In this document: positions 15,197-19,819 of the stretch, one piece after another
Position numbering within the stretch: position 1 is the stretch's first letter
How the letters are laid out: the number at the start of each line of letters is the position of its first letter
Origin: a virus
Taxonomy: Duplodnaviria; Heunggongvirae; Uroviricota; Caudoviricetes
Strand: one strand, 5' to 3'
DNA length: 19,819 bases
IMG/VR virus record: IMGVR_UViG_3300029696_000106
Coordinates: 64,001-83,819 of that record
Translations under genes and position numbers: made by a program
Notes under the pieces: generated by a model
Told to the model about the DNA's origin: nothing
Seen by the model: the letters and a program-made list of their open reading frames with translations, nothing else
The model's database searches: none

Positions 15197-16059
15197 CACC
15201 ACTGTTTTCGATATTCTCTTGGACTGCTGCCTTCCACCTTACGGAACATACGACTAAAATAGTTTGCATCTCCCATGCCGACCGCAGCACCAACTTCATC
15301 CACAGTCATATCTGTGAAGCGAAGCAACTGCTTGGCTCTGGTGATCCGCTTTGAGATCAGATAGTTGTTGACCGTTGTTCCGTAAGTCTCCTTGAAGATT
15401 TTGGATAAGTAGAACTTATTGATAAAGAACTTTTCTGCCAAATCATCCAATGTAAGCTTCTCCGTATAATGCTCATCCAAATACTCCTTCACGGCTGCCA
15501 GTTCCATCCTCTTCCGGCTCACCGTTACGCTCTCCGGATGCCAGGACTGCTCCATCAATAAGGTGAGCAAAGTTCCCAGTTTCTCATTGATCCGCATATC
15601 TCGTATGTAATCAGCCGAAGAAGCGAGGTCATAAAGGTCTGTCAGGATTGATGTAAAAGAAGCTAGGTCATCTGGGTGGAACACTGGCCGACCGCCACGC
15701 TCTTTGTACTTCTCATACACAGCTGGAAGAGACGGTGCATAGAAGTGACACCACTGGAGCGACCAGAGATTATCGGAAGTAGAATGGCTGTACGCTTTCC
15801 GACAGTCAATGAACACACAGTCTCCCTCGCTCAGCTGATATGTTTGCTCCTCATAGGAAAGTTCTCCCTTGCCAAACAGAACAATAAAGCAAAGGAACGA
15901 CACCAGATCCGATCTCTGGGACGTATGCGGATGAATGGCCTGCAAAGAGCCGACCTCCTGCAGATGGAGCAAGGACGTTCTGGCAAAGGTTGATGGGGTG
16001 TAAATGATTCGGGAGGAACTTACGGAAGAAGATTGTGGATTGAATAATTCTTTGTCCAT
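15196..16059 (-). CDS. AraC-family transcriptional regulator
   Basis: Cupin-like N-domain and C-terminal double HTH (LTLDDLAEKFFINKFYLSKIFK...DANYFSRMFRKVEGSSPREYRK); ATG at 16059 after AAAGGAG. Confidence 0.93.
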   Translation of the reverse strand: MDKELFNPQSSSVSSSRIIYTPSTFARTSLLHLQEVGSLQAIHPHTSQRSDLVSFLCFIVLFGKGELSYEEQTYQLSEGDCVFIDCRKAYSHSTSDNLWSLQWCHFYAPSLPAVYEKYKERGGRPVFHPDDLASFTSILTDLYDLASSADYIRDMRINEKLGTLLTLLMEQSWHPESVTVSRKRMELAAVKEYLDEHYTEKLTLDDLAEKFFINKFYLSKIFKETYGTTVNNYLISKRITRAKQLLRFTDMTVDEVGAAVGMGDANYFSRMFRKVEGSSPREYRKQW

Positions 16060-16258
16060 AAGTTGCTCCTTTACAATACCACTTTTTCCTTCGCTTATAT
16101 CCAACTGGTGGGACTGCATCCTTGGGAATATGCCATGGCGATCCTTTTCCATCTTGATTGCAGTTTGGAATTTTACCTTCCCTGCACCACTTGGAAACTG
16201 TAGCTTGCGTCACGCCGTATTTTTCAGCAAATTCCCGTGTTCCTATTGCCTCACTCAT
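15851..16258 (-). CDS. Small excisionase/MerR-like HTH protein; likely ancestral end near 16079, now reading on into araC
   Basis: TREFAEKYGVTQATVSKWCREGKIP...SPWHIPKDA is an HTH_17-like pattern; sequence after GYKRRKK overlaps araC out of frame. Confidence 0.7.
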   Translation of the reverse strand: MSEAIGTREFAEKYGVTQATVSKWCREGKIPNCNQDGKGSPWHIPKDAVPPVGYKRRKKWYCKGATYGQRIIQSTIFFRKFLPNHLHPINLCQNVLAPSAGGRLFAGHSSAYVPEIGSGVVPLLYCSVWQGRTFL

Positions 16259-16330
16259 TTATGTAATATTCCTTTTATTATGATATCTGCTTCTACATCT
16301 TAGCCGCTTATCCTTTGATAAACGTTGCCT

Positions 16331-16390
16331 GCTGCTCACCTCGTAGCGGTGTGAATTTTCTGAGCAGCTACCGTGTGAAAAATCACACGG
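16331..16390. repeat. Two adjacent inverted repeats downstream of the nucleotidyltransferase (terminator or operator)
   Basis: GCTGCTCA-N22-TGAGCAGC and CCGTGTGA-AAAA-TCACACGG. Confidence 0.45.
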
Positions 16391-16413
16391 CCTTTAATTC
16401 TTTATGCCTTATA

Positions 16414-17295
16414 TTACAGATCTGCAAATAAATCAGCTTTGTACACGCCGTCCTCCAGCATCTTCCTGAAGCTGTCCTTTACCGCTGCGACATCTTCGTG
16501 GTAGGTCATGCCGTACCAGGTGTCATTGGTCTTCAGAACTTTCACAGACATCTTGTCTTCACTCAGCAGTTCCCCAATGAAAATCGGGATCAGATACTCT
16601 GCTTTCAGCGGATTTTCAGGTACTTCCTTCTCGAAAAACTCTCGGAAGCCCCGATCCAGAACATCCAAGAACTCTGGAGTCAAGCCCCACATGTTCATGG
16701 AAACCAGAGAATTCACATCAACAGCCACGCCGTCTGCCTCGGCTCCCTTCACCGTCTTTACAATGTTCTTGGTCTCTACAACTTCAGTCAGGTTCCCATT
16801 CTCATCCATCTTGCAGATACCACGGGTCACGCCACCATTATCGGACAACGTGTTCTTCAGTACAAAACCTGCCATACAGGACTTACCGCCATTTACCAGA
16901 TACTCATGAACAGCCTTGAAGCCTTCCTTGCCATAATAATCGTCTGCATTGATCACAATAAAAGGAGTCTTGATGACCTTCTTTGCTACAAGCACTGCCT
17001 GACCAGTTCCCCACGGCTTTGTACGACCTTCCGGCAGAGTTCCCGGAATATCCTTAATATCCTGGAAAGCATAGTCTACAGTTACATTATTAGCAGAGCA
17101 AATAGCTGCGATACGATCACCGATCACCTCTTTGAACTCTTTCTCAATATCCTTGCGGATAATAAATACCACATGGTTAAAACCTGCCTCAATTGCATCA
17201 TGAATTGAGTAATCCATGATGATATGATTTGAAGCATCCACCGGCTCCAACTGTTTGATTCCTGTTCCAAAACGGCTACCGATACCGGCTGCCAT
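16414..17295 (-). CDS. Sugar-phosphate nucleotidyltransferase, probably 5'-truncated by insertion
   Basis: AAGIGSRFG...KQL, KPWGTGQA, INADDYYG motifs; the hydrophobic strand normally preceding AAG is missing. Confidence 0.88.
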   Translation of the reverse strand: MAAGIGSRFGTGIKQLEPVDASNHIIMDYSIHDAIEAGFNHVVFIIRKDIEKEFKEVIGDRIAAICSANNVTVDYAFQDIKDIPGTLPEGRTKPWGTGQAVLVAKKVIKTPFIVINADDYYGKEGFKAVHEYLVNGGKSCMAGFVLKNTLSDNGGVTRGICKMDENGNLTEVVETKNIVKTVKGAEADGVAVDVNSLVSMNMWGLTPEFLDVLDRGFREFFEKEVPENPLKAEYLIPIFIGELLSEDKMSVKVLKTNDTWYGMTYHEDVAAVKDSFRKMLEDGVYKADLFADL

Positions 17296-17350
17296 GATAT
17301 GATTAGCTCCTATTAGGAAAACACACTGTCAAAGGGGTATGTAGCGGGGG

Positions 17351-19030
17351 TTAGCCCGCTACTGCGGGTTTTGTGGTGTTGATTTCAATGTATTCTGCTA
17401 TGCGTCTAAATTCATCCGCAAACTTAAATCTCACACTAATGTTTCCATTCTCATAAACCTTGATATGGTCGATCAGCTCAACGAGAAGTTCCCGGGAAAG
17501 CTGGTCGATATTTTGATGTTTTGTAAAGGCCACCAATGCGGGATGTTCACTCTTTACACCGTTTGCCAGTTCCGCCCGTTCAGCGTTCAGCCGGGCCAGC
17601 ACATCCGTAAGAGCGATGGTCTGTCGCTCATAATCGGCTTTCATATCCCGGTAGTCCTGCTGGGTAATTTCCCCGTCTTTCCAGTCTTGATAAAGGGACT
17701 GCTTGTAGCGGCTGATTTTTGCCAGTTCCCGCTCTTTCGCAGCAATCAGTTCTTCCAAACGGATGGACTGGCTCTTTTTGACCGGGGCGGTGTTAATGCG
17801 GGCAATCATTTCCGAGTATGAAACAGCCAGATGGACTTGCTGTTGTACCGCAAAGAGGACAGCGGCCTCCAGACGGTTATGCTTGATCGAGTGCATTGTG
17901 CAGGCTGTCCGGGAGCGGTTCTTGTAGGTGGAACAGGCATAGTACACATTATTGTTGTTGCCTACGCTCCGGGTAATTGCCCGCCCGCAGTCAGCACATT
18001 TCAGAAAACCGCTGAACAGGTGGACTTCCCGGCCTTTTGGAGAAGTACGGGTATCCCGCTGTAAAAGGGCCTGTACCTTATCAAAGGTTTCATAATCAAT
18101 GATTGCCTCATGCGTACCAGCTACTTCCACCCATTCTTCACGGGGAACGCTTTCAACCTCGTGTACCTTATAGCTTTTTACCCGACTGCGGCCCTGTGCC
18201 AAATCCCCGGTATAGGTGGGATTCGTCAGAATGGAGTGGATCATACGGGCTCCCCACATAGGATCGTCATATCCTCTTGTTGAAACGGGTATGCCCTTTT
18301 GCAGTTTATAAGCCGAGGGGCTGGGTACGCCGTGTTCATTCAGATACAAAGCGATGGCCCGTTTCGATGTCCCTTTTAGGAATAAAGAGAAAATAAGTTT
18401 GACGATTTCAGCGGCATCGGGATCGATGATTAACCGGTGCTTGTCCTTTGGGTGCTTCACATATCCATAAGGAGCAAATGCGCCGATGTACTGACCGTTG
18501 CGCCGCTTGTAGTCAAATACCTGGCGAATTTTCTTTGAGGTCTGGTAGCAGTATTGATCGTTCATTACATTCGTAATCGGGACGATAATACTGGAAACGC
18601 TGTCCGGGTTGAGATAGCTGTCCACATTTTCAGCAAGACTGATAAAACGGACACCCATTTGCACAAACAGGTTATCAATCAGACTTCCCGCATCACTGTA
18701 ATTTCTTGCAAAACGGGAAAGGTCTTTTACTACCACGCAGTTGATTTTCCCGCTCATTACATCGGAAAGGAGCCGCTGGAAATTTTCCCGGTTGGCGTCC
18801 GTTCCTGTGTGTCCATCGTCTACATATTCGGAAACACTTTCAAATTCTCCGATATGCTTCTGATAAAAGTCATTGAGCAGATCACGCTGGTTGATGACGC
18901 TGTTGCTGTCGTCCTTTCCCTTTTTCAAGTCCTCCTTGGAAAGCCGGATGTATTCGCCCAGCCGCCAGCGGCGGACGGTATAAGAGGGAGAGAAACTCTG
19001 TTGCAATCCTCTGTTTTTTGTTCGTGCCAT
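17351..19030 (-). CDS. Large serine recombinase (TnpX/TndX-like)
   Basis: YIRLS catalytic motif, DDGHTG, KDLSRFARN, APYGY, HEAII, zinc ribbon LKCADCG...YYAC...C, coiled coil, LIDHIKV; AAGGAGG RBS. Confidence 0.95.
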   Translation of the reverse strand: MARTKNRGLQQSFSPSYTVRRWRLGEYIRLSKEDLKKGKDDSNSVINQRDLLNDFYQKHIGEFESVSEYVDDGHTGTDANRENFQRLLSDVMSGKINCVVVKDLSRFARNYSDAGSLIDNLFVQMGVRFISLAENVDSYLNPDSVSSIIVPITNVMNDQYCYQTSKKIRQVFDYKRRNGQYIGAFAPYGYVKHPKDKHRLIIDPDAAEIVKLIFSLFLKGTSKRAIALYLNEHGVPSPSAYKLQKGIPVSTRGYDDPMWGARMIHSILTNPTYTGDLAQGRSRVKSYKVHEVESVPREEWVEVAGTHEAIIDYETFDKVQALLQRDTRTSPKGREVHLFSGFLKCADCGRAITRSVGNNNNVYYACSTYKNRSRTACTMHSIKHNRLEAAVLFAVQQQVHLAVSYSEMIARINTAPVKKSQSIRLEELIAAKERELAKISRYKQSLYQDWKDGEITQQDYRDMKADYERQTIALTDVLARLNAERAELANGVKSEHPALVAFTKHQNIDQLSRELLVELIDHIKVYENGNISVRFKFADEFRRIAEYIEINTTKPAVAG

Positions 19031-19061
19031 TGTTCCTCCTTCCCTATCACATTACATCTAT

Positions 19062-19090
19062 ATTATACCTCTGCCCGGGCGGGACAACAA
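19062..19090 (-). promoter_or_regulatory. Putative recombinase promoter
   Basis: TTGTTG-17 bp-TATAAT, 32 bp upstream of the ATG. Confidence 0.5.
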
Positions 19091-19146
19091 GGATGCCTCC
19101 GCCTCGGGACACTTTGTCTCGAAGTAGTAACGGACCATAACCGAAG

Positions 19147-19413
19147 TTACAGCCCGCTTTTTTGCCGGAGCAGGAATTCCGTCAGCGTGTCCTGCAAGGA
19201 CGGCCCGCTTTCCGCAAATTCAATTTTTACACCGATCCCGCCGATACAAAAGCAGTATGGATTTTCTACCGCCTGCAAAAACAGAGCGATCCGCTCCTCC
19301 CGGGGGAGAGAGGTGTCAAAGGTCATACCGCTCACATCCGGCAGGGACTCGGGAGCCACTGCGCCGATGTCAACGCTTTTCATTTGTTCCAGTTCCTTTG
19401 CCGTTAATCTCAC
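19147..19413 (-). CDS. DUF6870-like small protein associated with serine recombinases
   Basis: MKSVDI...LPREERI..FL..VENPYCF.IG...VKIEF...GPSLQD pattern; GTG after AGGAGG. Confidence 0.8.
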   Translation of the reverse strand: MRLTAKELEQMKSVDIGAVAPESLPDVSGMTFDTSLPREERIALFLQAVENPYCFCIGGIGVKIEFAESGPSLQDTLTEFLLRQKSGL

Positions 19414-19467
19414 GGTAAAACCTCCTTATCAAAAATAAGATACGCCTCCCGCATATCGTGGGGAAAC

Positions 19468-19785
19468 GCAAGAGGGCAGCACCTAAACGATGCTGCCCTC
19501 TTGCCTCACTCCATGTAAGTATAAATATAGAGAACGCCGCTCCCATTTTCTTGCCCTGTCCAAAGACAACTATGCTCAGAGCGGCGTTCCCTCGCAGATA
19601 AGAGGGCGGCCCGGAGTGACAGGCGGCCAGCCTGTCCTATGCCGGATCGTGGCCGTGGGGTGGCCCGGCCCATTTGCGGCGTTGGTGTTGTTCGCTCGTT
19701 CTTCCAAAGAAAAAGTCACAGCGCACCCGCCGCCCTGCTCCCCGGACTATGCCCGGGGCCGCCGCTGTTTATCTGCGGAAAGAAG
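19468..19785 (-). ncRNA. Putative structured leader RNA upstream of DUF6870/recombinase
   Basis: ORF-free GC-rich tract with several inverted repeats (19468-19504, 19532-19589, 19593-19777, 19651-19665, 19740-19758). Confidence 0.4.
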
Positions 19786-19819
19786 AATATCTCCTTTCAT
19801 AAACCGAGACATTTTTTCA

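Larger units (their letters stand above)
17300..19819 (-). mobile_element. End of a large-serine-recombinase integrative (mobilizable) element
   Basis: Recombinase plus DUF6870-like gene, ending about 50 bp from an abrupt junction with the nucleotidyltransferase 5' end. Confidence 0.7.

Noticed and set aside
16060..16152. Extended AraC start at 16152
   Set aside because: Lies inside the HTH gene; a strong RBS precedes ATG 16059.
17300..17332. TTGACA at the element end as outward promoter
   Set aside because: No -10 hexamer at 16-18 bp spacing.
16498..19438. Plus-strand ORFs (236 aa, 294 aa and others)
   Set aside because: Antisense to the nucleotidyltransferase, recombinase and DUF6870-like genes; no independent support.

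Overview
AT/GC-mosaic accessory DNA, by gene style from a gut Clostridia (Lachnospiraceae/Oscillospiraceae-like; inference). Three parts. (1) 1-~12160: one arm of a prophage/ICE-like element. It holds a minus-strand phage-type replication operon (DUF932, family A DNA polymerase, DUF2815 SSB, DUF2800 Cas4-like nuclease, acidic proteins, DUF4406-like, sigma-70 region 4 protein). Upstream lies a layered control region: XRE gene, three long-stem terminator/attenuator RNAs, and face-to-face promoters with operators. A divergent ImmR-like/ImmA-like operon ends in an unannotated 56-aa zinc-ribbon ORF and a small two-helix membrane protein. (2) ~12140-17300: tail of a polysaccharide-locus-like region. 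A 4-gene block (two hypotheticals, AbiJ-related nuclease, RmlC-like epimerase) is bracketed by a 24-bp direct repeat and followed by AraC, a small HTH and a sugar-phosphate nucleotidyltransferase. (3) ~17300-19819: end of a large-serine-recombinase element (recombinase, DUF6870, structured leader), apparently inserted in the first codons of the nucleotidyltransferase. The best novelty candidates are the stacked RNA-attenuator cascade, the direct-repeat-bounded block and the ImmA accessory genes. All family assignments are by eye, with no searches run.
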